From a virus (lineage: Duplodnaviria > Caudoviricetes), in IMG/VR virus record IMGVR_UViG_2773857766_000003, positions 14,219 to 78,218 of that record: 64,000 nt of DNA; one strand, 5' to 3'. Positions 37,035 through 46,368 of the stretch are shown here, piece after piece. A program made the position numbers and the translations under genes. Each line of letters begins with the position of its first letter. Position 1 is the first letter of the stretch. Below the pieces are notes generated by a model, which saw only the letters and a list, made by a program, of their open reading frames with translations, did no database searches and had not been told where the DNA came from.

Positions 37035-37238
37035 TCAGGCTTTCACGATGGCAGGCTTGGTACGGGCCGGCACCTTCTTGAAGGAAATTTCCGGCGCCGC
37101 GCACACCACCATGCGCGCGGTCTGGCCGGACTTCTCCACCATCTGGATCACCACGCCCGGCAACTCGAGAACGTCCCCGGTGCGCAGCTCCATGTGGACG
37201 CGGCGCACGGTGTCTTGTGAGGTGTTGGCAGTGGTCAT
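37035..37238 (-). CDS. CsrA/RsmA-fold-like small protein
   Basis: LRTGDVLEL..VVIQMVEKSGQTARMVVCAAPEISF aligns by eye with CsrA [34 protein letters not shown]. Confidence 0.65.
   Translation of the reverse strand: MTTANTSQDTVRRVHMELRTGDVLELPGVVIQMVEKSGQTARMVVCAAPEISFKKVPARTKPAIVKA
37049..37063 (-). promoter_or_regulatory. Late-gene motif copy 5 (capsid)
   Basis: GTACCAAGCCTGCCA in the 3' end of the CsrA-like gene. Confidence 0.8.
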
Positions 37239-38224
37239 CAGCCCCTCAGGTAGCGTTCGCGCTTGTCGGGCGAGAGGCCGGCCAGCGCGCGCTCGTACTC
37301 CAGGCCAGACAGCTTGTCCAGGTCCGAGAACTCGTCGCCGGATGGGTCAGCGTCACCGCCGCCACCGGGCACGTCCGCCAGGTTGGTGACCACGGCGCTG
37401 GCGTCCGGCTTGCGCGGCGCGGGAGCCGCCGTCTTGCCGGTCGCGATGCCATGCAGCGCCACCACGCGTTTGTGGCCTTCCTCGAGGAACCAGCGGTGCG
37501 GCTTCGCGGCGTTCTCCGGGGCGGCGGCCAGCGCTTTCACGAACACATCCAGATCGGCCGCTTTCGCCTGGTCCTTCGCATAGTCCACCAGGCCCAGCTC
37601 CGCCTTCGTCGCGGCGTCTGTGACGAAGGTGTTGATGGCCGACACCCACGCATTCGATTCCGCCTGCTCCTGCATCTCGCGTGCCACCTGCGCCCGGGTT
37701 TTGGCTTCGCGCAGGTCCGCACGCTGTTCCTGCAACTCGTCCAGTTTGGCGTGGTACTCGGACGCATCCACCTCTCCGTTGTCGAACTTCGTGCGCAGGT
37801 CGGTCAGCGCGGCCTTGTTGGCTGCCACCTTGTCATCGTAGTCCGCGGGCAGCTCGGCCTTGTAGGTGGGATGCGGAGCTGGGGCCGGCGCGGGCTTGGC
37901 ACCGGGGACTGCCGCTGCATCTTCAGCTGGCGCGGGCGCTGCAGCAGGCGCGGGCGCATCCGCCGCTGCAGCTGCAGGAGCTGGCGCAGGCGTAGGCGAA
38001 GGGGCTGCAGCCTGGGCAGGTGCGGGCGCGGGCGCGGCAGCGCGGCCCTTCTCGCCTTCGCCCTCGCCCTCGCCGCCCTCTTCGTCATCGTCTAACTCGC
38101 CGCGGCCAATCTCACGCAGTGCAGCGTCGTTGTCCTCGTCGGGGTTGTAGTCGTCGTCTTCCATCGCCGCGCGCTCGGCGTCGGAGAGCAGGCGCAGGCG
38201 ATCGTCGTCCTTGTCCATGGTCAT
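37238..38224 (-). CDS. Scaffolding protein
   Basis: Acidic N-terminus, Ala/Pro linker, coiled coil, upstream of the MCP. Confidence 0.75.
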   Translation of the reverse strand: MTMDKDDDRLRLLSDAERAAMEDDDYNPDEDNDAALREIGRGELDDDEEGGEGEGEGEKGRAAAPAPAPAQAAAPSPTPAPAPAAAAADAPAPAAAPAPAEDAAAVPGAKPAPAPAPHPTYKAELPADYDDKVAANKAALTDLRTKFDNGEVDASEYHAKLDELQEQRADLREAKTRAQVAREMQEQAESNAWVSAINTFVTDAATKAELGLVDYAKDQAKAADLDVFVKALAAAPENAAKPHRWFLEEGHKRVVALHGIATGKTAAPAPRKPDASAVVTNLADVPGGGGDADPSGDEFSDLDKLSGLEYERALAGLSPDKRERYLRG

Positions 38225-38253
38225 GTTTGGCTCCAGATTCGAAGTTGTGTGGG

Positions 38254-38901
38254 TCAGGCTTTGGGAGGTGCACCACAGCCGGCCAGAGGCAGGCGAGCCA
38301 CAAGCAGGCAGAAGATGTGCAGCAGCAGCGATACCGGCACCTCGGCAGCCTTGCCGCTCGCAGAGCGCGCGTCTTCAGAAAGGCGCAGCGCATGGAGCCT
38401 GTCGGCAGTGGTTCCATCGCCCTGGGTCAGGCCGTTGGCGAACTGGGCATGTGCGGCGGCGGACTTGCGCTGGATCTCGCGCTCGATCCAGTCGGCGCCG
38501 GGGTCAAGTACCGGCAGATTGATGGACGGAGCGCCCGACAGCTTGGCCCCCACACCGATCAACGCATAGACCAGCGCCGAATTTGCATCGACGTGGATAG
38601 GCGACTTCTTCGCCGCTTCGGCCTTCGTCGCCTGCCCCTTCTGGTAGGGCATCCACTCGCAGTAGGGGTAGGACGGAACCGGTTGCCCCTCCTGCACCAA
38701 TTCGACACAGCGAAAGCTGTGGACCGCACCGTCGGAGTCGAACACCGACAGATTCACGCGGCCGTCGTCCAGGACGCTCGTGATGATCGCGGCGCAAGGC
38801 TGCTCGCCGGGCTGACGGGTGAAGCTCGTCGGCCCGCGATGCTTCGAGAGATGAAACCAGACGACCCTACCGACGGTAGGCTGGATGATGGGATTGGTCA
38901 T
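38254..38901 (-). CDS. Conserved-looking phage protein (PTVGRVVWF..AAIIT..VNLSVF..WMPYQ)
   Basis: SH3-like motif pattern; follows late motif copy 6. Confidence 0.65.
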   Translation of the reverse strand: MTNPIIQPTVGRVVWFHLSKHRGPTSFTRQPGEQPCAAIITSVLDDGRVNLSVFDSDGAVHSFRCVELVQEGQPVPSYPYCEWMPYQKGQATKAEAAKKSPIHVDANSALVYALIGVGAKLSGAPSINLPVLDPGADWIEREIQRKSAAAHAQFANGLTQGDGTTADRLHALRLSEDARSASGKAAEVPVSLLLHIFCLLVARLPLAGCGAPPKA

Positions 38902-38937
38902 GCGATGTGCTGCTGTAGTTGTTGGCACGCGTGAAGA

Positions 38938-38952
38938 TGGCAGGCTTGGTAC
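38938..38952 (-). promoter_or_regulatory. Late-gene motif copy 6
   Basis: GTACCAAGCCTGCCA. Confidence 0.8.
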
Positions 38953-38995
38953 GGCGGCAACCGCCGCTCGCGAGCTGTCTTCAGCCCAGGCCGCG

Positions 38996-39343
38996 CTACT
39001 GACACGCCTCGCAGCCGCCCTCGCCCGACAGGTCGCAGGCCTTCCCCAGAGCGAAGTCGGCAGGATCCGGAGCGCTCGGCCCGGCTGCCGCCATCTCCTC
39101 GGCGGTGGGTGTCCCGCTCGACGGGCGGCGGCCACGAGTCACCGTGGTGGTGGTCACGACACGGCCGTGGTCGCTGTCATGCTCCGAGACCACCCCCTGC
39201 CCAATTCGTCCAGCCAGGAACAGGCGCGAGTGCGCCAGCTCCTGCACCGCATCGACCACGTAGGGCTGCACGGGCTCATGCTCGCCGACACCTCGCACGG
39301 TGATGCCGATGGTCAGGTGAAACTCGGTTTCTTGATGGGTCAT
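38996..39343 (-). CDS. Hypothetical protein ending ACDLSGEGGCEACQ
   Basis: ATGA-coupled to the spanin gene; Cys-rich tail. Confidence 0.7.
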   Translation of the reverse strand: MTHQETEFHLTIGITVRGVGEHEPVQPYVVDAVQELAHSRLFLAGRIGQGVVSEHDSDHGRVVTTTTVTRGRRPSSGTPTAEEMAAAGPSAPDPADFALGKACDLSGEGGCEACQ

Positions 39344-39852
39344 GGTGTGCTTCCCTGGGTGCCGGCATCCGGCCGGCCCGGCGGGATCACCGGCCAGGCG
39401 TCCCGGAGGGTTCGGACATCAGTTGCGTGGCCTGCAGCTTTTGCTGCCATGTCGCCATACGCTGCGCGGCAGTCGTCGTATACGGCGTTGACGGCAAGGG
39501 CGTAGTCACGGCTGGTGCTGGGGGGAGATGCGGCAAGTCGCCGGGCGGCATCTGCGGCTTGGTCGCGCAGGCCGTCAGAAGCAACACGCAGCAGGTCAAG
39601 CTCCTGGCGCAGCAGCGCCTCACGGGTTCGGGCGGCATTGAGGGCTCCTTGGTACTTGGTGCTGGTCGCGTTCTCGGCGACGCGGACTCGGGCGTCAGCG
39701 GCGCGCTGCGCGGTGCTCACGTCGAGTTGAAAGGTGGTGGCCCGCAGGTTGGCTTCGCCCACCTCCGCATCCATCCGCGCGCCTTGGAATGCCCAGGCGA
39801 GCGCGGCCGCCGCGCCGGCAGCAGCGAGGTGGGTGTAGAGCGAGGGAATCAC
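39340..39852 (-). CDS. i-spanin (Rz-like)
   Basis: N-terminal TM and coiled coil; GTG start overlapping the upstream stop. Confidence 0.75.
   Translation of the reverse strand: MIPSLYTHLAAAGAAAALAWAFQGARMDAEVGEANLRATTFQLDVSTAQRAADARVRVAENATSTKYQGALNAARTREALLRQELDLLRVASDGLRDQAADAARRLAASPPSTSRDYALAVNAVYDDCRAAYGDMAAKAAGHATDVRTLRDAWPVIPPGRPDAGTQGSTP
39387..39638 (-). CDS. Embedded o-spanin (Rz1-like) lipoprotein
   Basis: VLLLTA-C lipobox, Pro-rich, nested out of frame in Rz. Confidence 0.72.
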   Translation of the reverse strand: MPPEPVRRCCARSLTCCVLLLTACATKPQMPPGDLPHLPPAPAVTTPLPSTPYTTTAAQRMATWQQKLQATQLMSEPSGTPGR

Positions 39853-40070
39853 GGCTGACTCCCAGCGCACGCGGCGTACATGCGAACGATCGCCTGCGTG
39901 TGCAGCCGGCGCTCGAGGCTGGACGCTCCTGCGCGCAGCTCAGGCAGCGGCGGGCAGGGACTGCCCGAGAGTGCGGCCGCGGCCGACTCCGCCGGGACGG
40001 CAGGAGCCTGCGGTGGCGCAGCGCTGCATCCGGCCAGAAGCAGGGCCGCGAGGATGGTGGCGCGGGTCAT
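39849..40070 (-). CDS. Small lipoprotein (second o-spanin-like)
   Basis: MTRATILAALLLAG-C lipobox, CPPLP. Confidence 0.78.
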   Translation of the reverse strand: MTRATILAALLLAGCSAAPPQAPAVPAESAAAALSGSPCPPLPELRAGASSLERRLHTQAIVRMYAACAGSQP

Positions 40071-40480
40071 CGGACGGCCTCCTTCCGGATGCGCTCATTG
40101 GCACGCTGGATGGTGGCGTTGATGGCCTTGCGCTCATGCTCAGGCACTGCAGCAGGCACGCCTGCAGCTTTGGCCGCCTTACCAGCCGTGGCCGCCGCCG
40201 CTTGCGCCGTCTCCGCAGCCGTGGCCGCCGTGTCGGCCGCTGCGGCAGTGAGGTCCGCGGCATGCGCTACGCGACCCGAGAGCGCGCCCAGGGCAATGCG
40301 ATTGGCATCCTGCAATCGGGCGATCTCATCGAGGTGGTCCTGCCGGTCTTCGGCCAGCATCTCGCGCATGCGCTCGACGCCCGCCCAGTAGCCGATGCCG
40401 GCCCCGCCACCGACCATTCCAAGAAGCATTGCAGTCCCTGCCAGCACGGCGCGGGCCTGGTGAAGATCAGGTTTTCGCAT
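40067..40480 (-). CDS. TM + coiled-coil lysis-cassette protein (i-spanin-like)
   Basis: Single N-terminal TM, Ala-rich helix, coupled to the lipoprotein gene. Confidence 0.65.
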   Translation of the reverse strand: MRKPDLHQARAVLAGTAMLLGMVGGGAGIGYWAGVERMREMLAEDRQDHLDEIARLQDANRIALGALSGRVAHAADLTAAAADTAATAAETAQAAAATAGKAAKAAGVPAAVPEHERKAINATIQRANERIRKEAVR

Positions 40481-40856
40481 GGACTTGCTCCGTCAGTTCG
40501 CGCACCTGCGCCTGCAGGCTCGTGATTTCCTCAGTGGCGTGCTGCAGCTGGCGCTGCATGCCCTCCAGTTGCCCCTGCAGCTTCCCGAGCGCGGTCACTG
40601 CCTCGTTTCGCTCCTTGGCGAATTCGTCCGCCCGTTTGTCTGCCTGGGCGCGCGCGGCGCGCTCGGCCTCCAGCAGCTCCTTGTAGACGTTGATCGCCGA
40701 CACGCGGCCCGCGTCGTCGGCGCGGTCCGCTGCGCCCCGGCTGAGGTACTGCCGCAAGAACAGGAAGCCACTCGCGATAGCTGTCATCCCGGCGCCCAGA
40801 GCACCGAATGGCCCGCCTGGAAAATTGTTCAAGTCCGGCGAATCCATCGGCATCAC
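40467..40856 (-). CDS. Holin-like TM + coiled-coil protein
   Basis: One N-terminal TM, adjacent to the endolysin. Confidence 0.55.
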   Translation of the reverse strand: MMPMDSPDLNNFPGGPFGALGAGMTAIASGFLFLRQYLSRGAADRADDAGRVSAINVYKELLEAERAARAQADKRADEFAKERNEAVTALGKLQGQLEGMQRQLQHATEEITSLQAQVRELTEQVHAKT

Positions 40857-41275
40857 TCCAGCGCCAGGCGCACGGCCTGTTCGATGAGGTCATCGGGATA
40901 CGGTTGCTGTCCGTTCTCGTGCCCGACGATCGCCGACACGATGCGCGCGAGCAGGTTCGCGTCCTGGAGGTCCACCACGTCATCGACGCCTACGCCCAGG
41001 GCTCGGGCGACCTGACGCGCATAGGACCCGGTGTCGTTTTCGCTGGGCGGCGCCCAGCGGCCGATGATCTTGGCAGGGGTATTGAGGCCGTACTTCCGCT
41101 GGTACGAGAGCAGCACCTTGGCCAACGCGCGCAGACCCCAGATCGGTGCCGAAAACACCACGAACCGCGGATCGCTACTCTGGTCCGCGGCCATGCCTTG
41201 CCACCGTTCGGTGGTTCGATCGATGTTTCCGGGGTTGTGGTTGCGTATGCCCCGTGGCGTTGGGGTGGTAGTCAT
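40853..41275 (-). CDS. Endolysin/muralytic protein (RGIRNxNPGNI family)
   Basis: RGIRNHNPGNI, RWAPPSENDT.SY, HENG. Confidence 0.82.
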   Translation of the reverse strand: MTTTPTPRGIRNHNPGNIDRTTERWQGMAADQSSDPRFVVFSAPIWGLRALAKVLLSYQRKYGLNTPAKIIGRWAPPSENDTGSYARQVARALGVGVDDVVDLQDANLLARIVSAIVGHENGQQPYPDDLIEQAVRLALE

Positions 41276-41964
41276 CGGATGGACCTTTCAATGGCGGCGG
41301 CCAGCAGCACCGCCAATCTGTCGCTGGCCGCCTGTGTGCGGTGCACGTTGTCGATTACGTCCACGGGGCCGCGGTAGTCCTCGCCCCACCCTGCGTGTTG
41401 CAGCCCCAGCTCCGCCGCCAGGGCGAGAGTCACTGCGTTGAGTTCGGCCCGGCGCGCGACGCGCTCGGGGGTGAAGAGGTCGGCCACCGGGAGGTCCACG
41501 ATGCCGGCCAACACCGGTAGTCGGCCCTCCGCGCGCACGATCCGTATGGCCTCCCGCAGGTCCGCGCCGTACTGGGCCGGCGTGCGCATCTCCAGTGCGT
41601 CGTTGAGCCCGGCGGCCAGTACCACCACGCGAGCGGAGCGAGAGACCTGCGCAAACGGCGGCTGCGGGCCGCGCGGGTACGCGTCTGCCGGAGCGCCTGG
41701 CCAGGGCGCCGAATAGCCGGCGATGAGGTCCGCCAGCACCAGGCCCGACGCGCTGCGGTCATCGATCGCCCAGGCCGGGCGCAACGCCCGGAGGGTGGCC
41801 GGCATCGGCGTGGAGATCCCAGGGCCTCGCGCGATGCTGTCCCCGAAGATTTCGATCGATAGGGGCGTGGAACCCCCACCGCCACCACCGCCGCAGCCCA
41901 CGAGAAGCCCCAACACCATCGCGAAGACGGCAGGCAGAAGGAAGAGGTATTGAAGCCAGTTCAT
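41272..41964 (-). CDS. SGNH/GDSL hydrolase lipoprotein
   Basis: LLVG-C lipobox, FGDS, GLNDA, DNVH catalytic blocks. Confidence 0.85.
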   Translation of the reverse strand: MNWLQYLFLLPAVFAMVLGLLVGCGGGGGGGSTPLSIEIFGDSIARGPGISTPMPATLRALRPAWAIDDRSASGLVLADLIAGYSAPWPGAPADAYPRGPQPPFAQVSRSARVVVLAAGLNDALEMRTPAQYGADLREAIRIVRAEGRLPVLAGIVDLPVADLFTPERVARRAELNAVTLALAAELGLQHAGWGEDYRGPVDVIDNVHRTQAASDRLAVLLAAAIERSIR

Positions 41965-44300
41965 GCAGTTTTCTCCTGAGGCGCCGCCTCGAATGCGGCC
42001 AGCCGTTCGTCCATGGCTTGCAGCCGCTCCTTGCTCGCCGCCTGGATCTCGGCGACACGCTCGCGCGAATCGGCTTCGATCCGGGCAACCTGCATGCGCA
42101 CGTCGCCGTCAGCCTTGATCTGCAGGGTTTTGTTGGCCAGGTCGGCCTGCGCCTTGGCGAGCTGGCGGCGCACGTTTTCCAGCTCCAGGTCCGCATCGCG
42201 GCGGACCGTGGCGGCCACGCCCTCCAGTTGCTGCGCCTGGGCTCCATCCCCGCCAGCACGCAGCTGCTCGGCCTCTGCTTCCATCTTCTGGGCGCGGGCG
42301 TTGACCTCGCGGACGCGTGCCAACTGCTCGTCCAGCGCCGCACGCGCCGTGGCCTGCTGCATCTGCAGCGCCTCCGCCTGGGCCTGCATCTGCTGCTGCA
42401 TTTGCTGCTGCTCCTCGGGCGTGAGGGGCTTATTCGGGTCGCGCTCGCCGGTCAGCTTGCGCATTTCGGCAGCCATCTGCTCGTGGTTGGGCAGGTCCGA
42501 GTAGTCCATGGCCAGCGTCATCAGGCGCATGGCCGTCGCGGGATCCATGCGGCCGGCCAAGTTCACCATGGACTCGTACATCACCTGGCGCAGCGTGCCG
42601 GCATAGTCCTGTTCGGACACCACGAAATCCGCAACGCTGGCCGTGATGTCGTTCAGGTAGCGCACCGAACCGTCGGCCTGCTGCTCGGGCTGATTGATCT
42701 TCACCCAGTCGAGCTTTCCCTTGTGGCCGGACAGCCGGATGACCTTCTCTTCCGTGTACCACTGCTCGATGAGAGACAGCAGCTTCTCGCCTTGGGTCTG
42801 GGTCGCGAACCGCAAGTTGTCGAAGGGCTGGGTCGTGACCACGCTTCCCTGCATCTGCCGGGCCTTGATCGCCTCGCCGCTGCTTGCGTTGGTCTGCCGG
42901 CCCAGGTTCTCGTTTGAGATGCCCGCGTTGCGCTGGATGGCCTGGGCGTCCATGGTCATCATCTGCACCTGTCCCGCCGCCATCTCGGAGTCCCGGTGGA
43001 CCTCCAGCTTCTTCCCCGCCTTGTAGAGGATCACGCCGTCCGGCTGGTTTGCCTCCTCGCGCGTCTCATTGATGTCGTCCACCGCGCCGTGCTCGGCAAA
43101 AATCTGGTTCGTGCTCAGAGCGAACAGCGCCTTGCTCGCGCGCTTGTTCAGGTCGGCCTGCAGATCCCGCACGCGGCGGATCACGCCGTAAGGCTGCCGG
43201 TCTCGGCCGCGGCGGTAGCACCAGATCGGGGTCAGGCTGAAACTGTTGTGCCGCATTGGCATCGGGCCCAGCGCTAGGAGGTGGCCTTCCGTGAAGACGG
43301 CGATGTGCATCCGCATCAGCACGCGGTCCACGACGGAGCCCCCGAATGCGGCCACCACCGCCTGCAGGGCGTTGTCCCAGGGTTCTACGATCGAGCCCTT
43401 GAACGGGCCGGTGACCACCACGCGCGCCTGCACGGGCATGCGGAACTGGCATTCGATCAGCCGCACCCTGCGGCGCGGCTCACTGTCCGCCGAGCTTTGC
43501 CCGCTGGCCATGTAGCTGCCGCTGCGCGTCGAGCCCGCATAGCCCTGGTAGTTGAATTCGTCTTCCGCCCACTGCTGGGCGTTGTAGTCGCGGTCATGCT
43601 GCACGGCCCGGCGCACCACGTCTGCCCGCTCCGGGTACATGGCCGCGGCCACATCGTCATCCACCCATCGCGTGCGGAAGACGTAGCGGGCATCGCTCAG
43701 GTCCATCTCGATGGCCATGGAGTCCCACAGCACGTTCCGCCAGTCCTCGTACTTGTCGTAAATGATGTCCTTGGTCGGGTCGTTGCGCACGCCGGAATCG
43801 ACCCAGCCGATACCGACTTTCACAGCGTCCTCGAAGGCGCGCGAGCGGTTGAAGGCGGACCGGTTCACGTCGGTGACGTACTTCATCACCTTGGTCTTCA
43901 CGTCGGCCATCTGCACGTCGTCCTCGGTGCGCGGCAGGACGCTCCAGTCCACGCGCGACCGGCGCTCCGTGCCGATCATCCAGTCCGCCATCGGCGCCAC
44001 TTCGTTGAACACCAGGGGCACCTGGCCGCGCTCCTCCAGCACCGCCGCGTCGGCGGGGTCCCACTGGTCGCCGTCGTACATATCGGCGTCGATCGCCATG
44101 TCCATGCGGTTCACGGCCTGAATGTCGCGCTCGCGGTAGTACCAGCCCAGGCACTTCTTCAGGGTCGCCCGCGCTTCCGGCCCGTCCAGCGGATGCGGCT
44201 CTTTCCCGTCCTCGTCCTGGTCGAACTCCAGCGGCGCATCGTTCAGGATGTGCTCGCCCACCCCCGTGCGGCGATGGACGCGCACCTCAAGAGCGGACAT
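41961..44300 (-). CDS. Portal protein (P22-like)
   Basis: YDGDQW, PYGVIRRVRDLQ..LNKR.SK, SG.AI.ARQ.QG. Confidence 0.92.
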   Translation of the reverse strand: MSALEVRVHRRTGVGEHILNDAPLEFDQDEDGKEPHPLDGPEARATLKKCLGWYYRERDIQAVNRMDMAIDADMYDGDQWDPADAAVLEERGQVPLVFNEVAPMADWMIGTERRSRVDWSVLPRTEDDVQMADVKTKVMKYVTDVNRSAFNRSRAFEDAVKVGIGWVDSGVRNDPTKDIIYDKYEDWRNVLWDSMAIEMDLSDARYVFRTRWVDDDVAAAMYPERADVVRRAVQHDRDYNAQQWAEDEFNYQGYAGSTRSGSYMASGQSSADSEPRRRVRLIECQFRMPVQARVVVTGPFKGSIVEPWDNALQAVVAAFGGSVVDRVLMRMHIAVFTEGHLLALGPMPMRHNSFSLTPIWCYRRGRDRQPYGVIRRVRDLQADLNKRASKALFALSTNQIFAEHGAVDDINETREEANQPDGVILYKAGKKLEVHRDSEMAAGQVQMMTMDAQAIQRNAGISNENLGRQTNASSGEAIKARQMQGSVVTTQPFDNLRFATQTQGEKLLSLIEQWYTEEKVIRLSGHKGKLDWVKINQPEQQADGSVRYLNDITASVADFVVSEQDYAGTLRQVMYESMVNLAGRMDPATAMRLMTLAMDYSDLPNHEQMAAEMRKLTGERDPNKPLTPEEQQQMQQQMQAQAEALQMQQATARAALDEQLARVREVNARAQKMEAEAEQLRAGGDGAQAQQLEGVAATVRRDADLELENVRRQLAKAQADLANKTLQIKADGDVRMQVARIEADSRERVAEIQAASKERLQAMDERLAAFEAAPQEKTA

Positions 44301-44709
44301 ATTCCGCCCCCTTGTCCTCGATCACCACAGCCTCGGACGCGATCTCCTTGCCGTCGAGCTTCGCGATCAGCGTGCCTATTTCCTGGCCCGCGCGCTCCCA
44401 AGCTGGCTCACTGGGCATGGTGATGAGGTCCGGCAGCCCCTCATTGATGATGGTGGCCACCCGCACCCAGTTGGGACGGGAGGGTTCCAGCCCCAGGACT
44501 TCGCAGGCCACCCGGCACTGCCGCGCCAGGTACTCGGGGATGTCGTAGAGGTAGGCTGCGCTGTCCATCACCACGTACCAGGGGGCACGGGCGCGCAGGT
44601 GAGGAATCAGGACCATGGCGCGCTCGCCGTTGATCCAGGTGTAGATCGCCATCAGGTCGCCGTGCTGGCGGTGCAGGTGCGCTTTGCGCAGGTCGATACA
44701 TGCAGGCAT
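44287..44709 (-). CDS. Conserved protein between terminase and portal
   Basis: GLPDLI.MP..P motif; ATG 11 nt from the late motif. Confidence 0.78.
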   Translation of the reverse strand: MPACIDLRKAHLHRQHGDLMAIYTWINGERAMVLIPHLRARAPWYVVMDSAAYLYDIPEYLARQCRVACEVLGLEPSRPNWVRVATIINEGLPDLITMPSEPAWERAGQEIGTLIAKLDGKEIASEAVVIEDKGAEYVRS

Positions 44710-44720
44710 GGCCGGCAAGA

Positions 44721-44735
44721 TGGCAGGCTTGGTAC
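44721..44735 (-). promoter_or_regulatory. Late-gene motif copy 7
   Basis: GTACCAAGCCTGCCA, 11 nt before ATG 44709, no SD. Confidence 0.8.
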
Positions 44736-44782
44736 GGGCTCGGGCCGGGAAATGGTCACCTCGCGGTCGGCCAGAAGCCAGC

Positions 44783-46366
44783 TCAGCGCGCCATCCCGCC
44801 CCCGCGCCGCTTGACTTTCCCCGCCCTGCTGTGGGCCGCGCCCACCAAGCCAGCGTCCTTCGCCTGGGCGTACTGGCGGAAGGCGTCGGCCCCTTCAGTG
44901 CACCCGTTCGACTTGTCCGGCTTGTTGATGTACTTGCCGTCCGCCCGGCTGAACCTTTTCTTGTATCCCTCCAGCCGGCTGATGCCCTTTTTGCACCGCT
45001 CCTTATCCAGCACCACGGTCTTCATCCACTTCCGGGTCATGTAGATCCCGGTCATGAGGTCGGGGATCACGGGCAGCACCTCGAAGTCGTCATTCGGCAG
45101 CAGCTCCTCGAGCATGTCGCGGGTGGACTGGTTGCCGCGGCTGTTCAGGCGCTCCGCCGCGGCGTCGTGCGGCAGGAAGTGCGTGGCGTAGATGTAGGGC
45201 TTCTCCCGTAGCACCTGCACGTACTCCCGCAGGTCCAGCCCGTGGCCTTCCAGGTAGTCGATGAAGCGGTCTTGCCCGGCTACCGTCTGCATGAACCAGA
45301 TCGCCGTGCCGTCCGAGTTGCCGATGTCCCAGAAGGTGTAGACGGGGGAATCCGCCACGGGCACGGCCAGGATGCCGCCGCGCTTGCGCACGGCCGCCAT
45401 GTCCTTGGCGTAGTAGTGGCCCTCGGTGCTGATCTGGAAGGCCTCCGCCGGCGTGGACGGGTATTCCTGCCACATCTTTTCCGCGGCACCGCTGAAGTCC
45501 GCGTCCCGCGTCGCCACGTACCAGGTGCGCTGCTCCTCATCGATGACGCACGACATGGCGCCTTCGATCTCGTCGAAATATTCGTGGTCATCATCCGTGA
45601 GGTCCACAGAGCCCACGGGCAGCCGGTACTTCGGTTCCTGCCACCACGCATAGAAGTGGAAGCGGTAGTCCTTGGGCGTCAGGTCTGCCTTCGACAGGTG
45701 CATGCCCTGGCTGCGCTGGGTCATCGCGTAGAAGGGCCCCTCCCGCCCCTCCGCCGTGGACTCGATCACCAGAACGCCATTCGTGGGCACGGCGGGGATG
45801 GAGCCCGTCACCACCTCCTGCGCCTTGTCGGGGTACTTCGCGCAAATCTTGCCGAACTCTGAGACGTGCAGCCGGTGGATGGTGCCGCCGCGCAGGGAGG
45901 TTGCCACGCGCACGCTGCTGTTGTTGTGGGCGAAAAGCAGTTCGCTCGCACTGTCGCGCGCCAGGGGGAACCGCTCGCGCAGCGCCTCCGGCAGGTTCTG
46001 GTAGGCGAACTTCACCTTGTCGCGGAAGATCGCCTCCGCCGCCTCCCGGTCCTGCGCCACAATCCCGCACCGCTGGTCATCGTTGAACAGGGCATGGTCG
46101 AGCCACATGATCGCAATCAGCGTAGTGAACCCCAGCTGCCGGGCCTTCAGGATCAGGTTGCGATGCCACAGCCTGGCGATGAACCGGCGCTGGGCCCGGT
46201 TGGGTTTGAAGGGCAGCACGGCCGCGTCCTCGTCGCCGTCACCCTTCACCATGATCTTGTAGAGCACTCCACTGAAGAGGCGCCACTGCGGATCGGCCAG
46301 GCATTCGGCCAGCTCGGCGTCCGTTGCCGGCACGAAGTCGTGCGGGATGCTCTTGCGCTGGGCCAC
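44783..46366 (-). CDS. terL: Terminase large subunit
   Basis: LKARQLGFTT Walker A, HVSEFG, IESTAEG, WDIG..D nuclease, ADAFR. Confidence 0.95.
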   Translation of the reverse strand: MAQRKSIPHDFVPATDAELAECLADPQWRLFSGVLYKIMVKGDGDEDAAVLPFKPNRAQRRFIARLWHRNLILKARQLGFTTLIAIMWLDHALFNDDQRCGIVAQDREAAEAIFRDKVKFAYQNLPEALRERFPLARDSASELLFAHNNSSVRVATSLRGGTIHRLHVSEFGKICAKYPDKAQEVVTGSIPAVPTNGVLVIESTAEGREGPFYAMTQRSQGMHLSKADLTPKDYRFHFYAWWQEPKYRLPVGSVDLTDDDHEYFDEIEGAMSCVIDEEQRTWYVATRDADFSGAAEKMWQEYPSTPAEAFQISTEGHYYAKDMAAVRKRGGILAVPVADSPVYTFWDIGNSDGTAIWFMQTVAGQDRFIDYLEGHGLDLREYVQVLREKPYIYATHFLPHDAAAERLNSRGNQSTRDMLEELLPNDDFEVLPVIPDLMTGIYMTRKWMKTVVLDKERCKKGISRLEGYKKRFSRADGKYINKPDKSNGCTEGADAFRQYAQAKDAGLVGAAHSRAGKVKRRGGGMAR

Positions 46367-46368
46367 GG

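Noticed and set aside
38252-38266. Possible ninth late motif (GGTCAGGCTTTGG) upstream of the scaffold gene
   Set aside because: Too degenerate compared with the eight clear copies.
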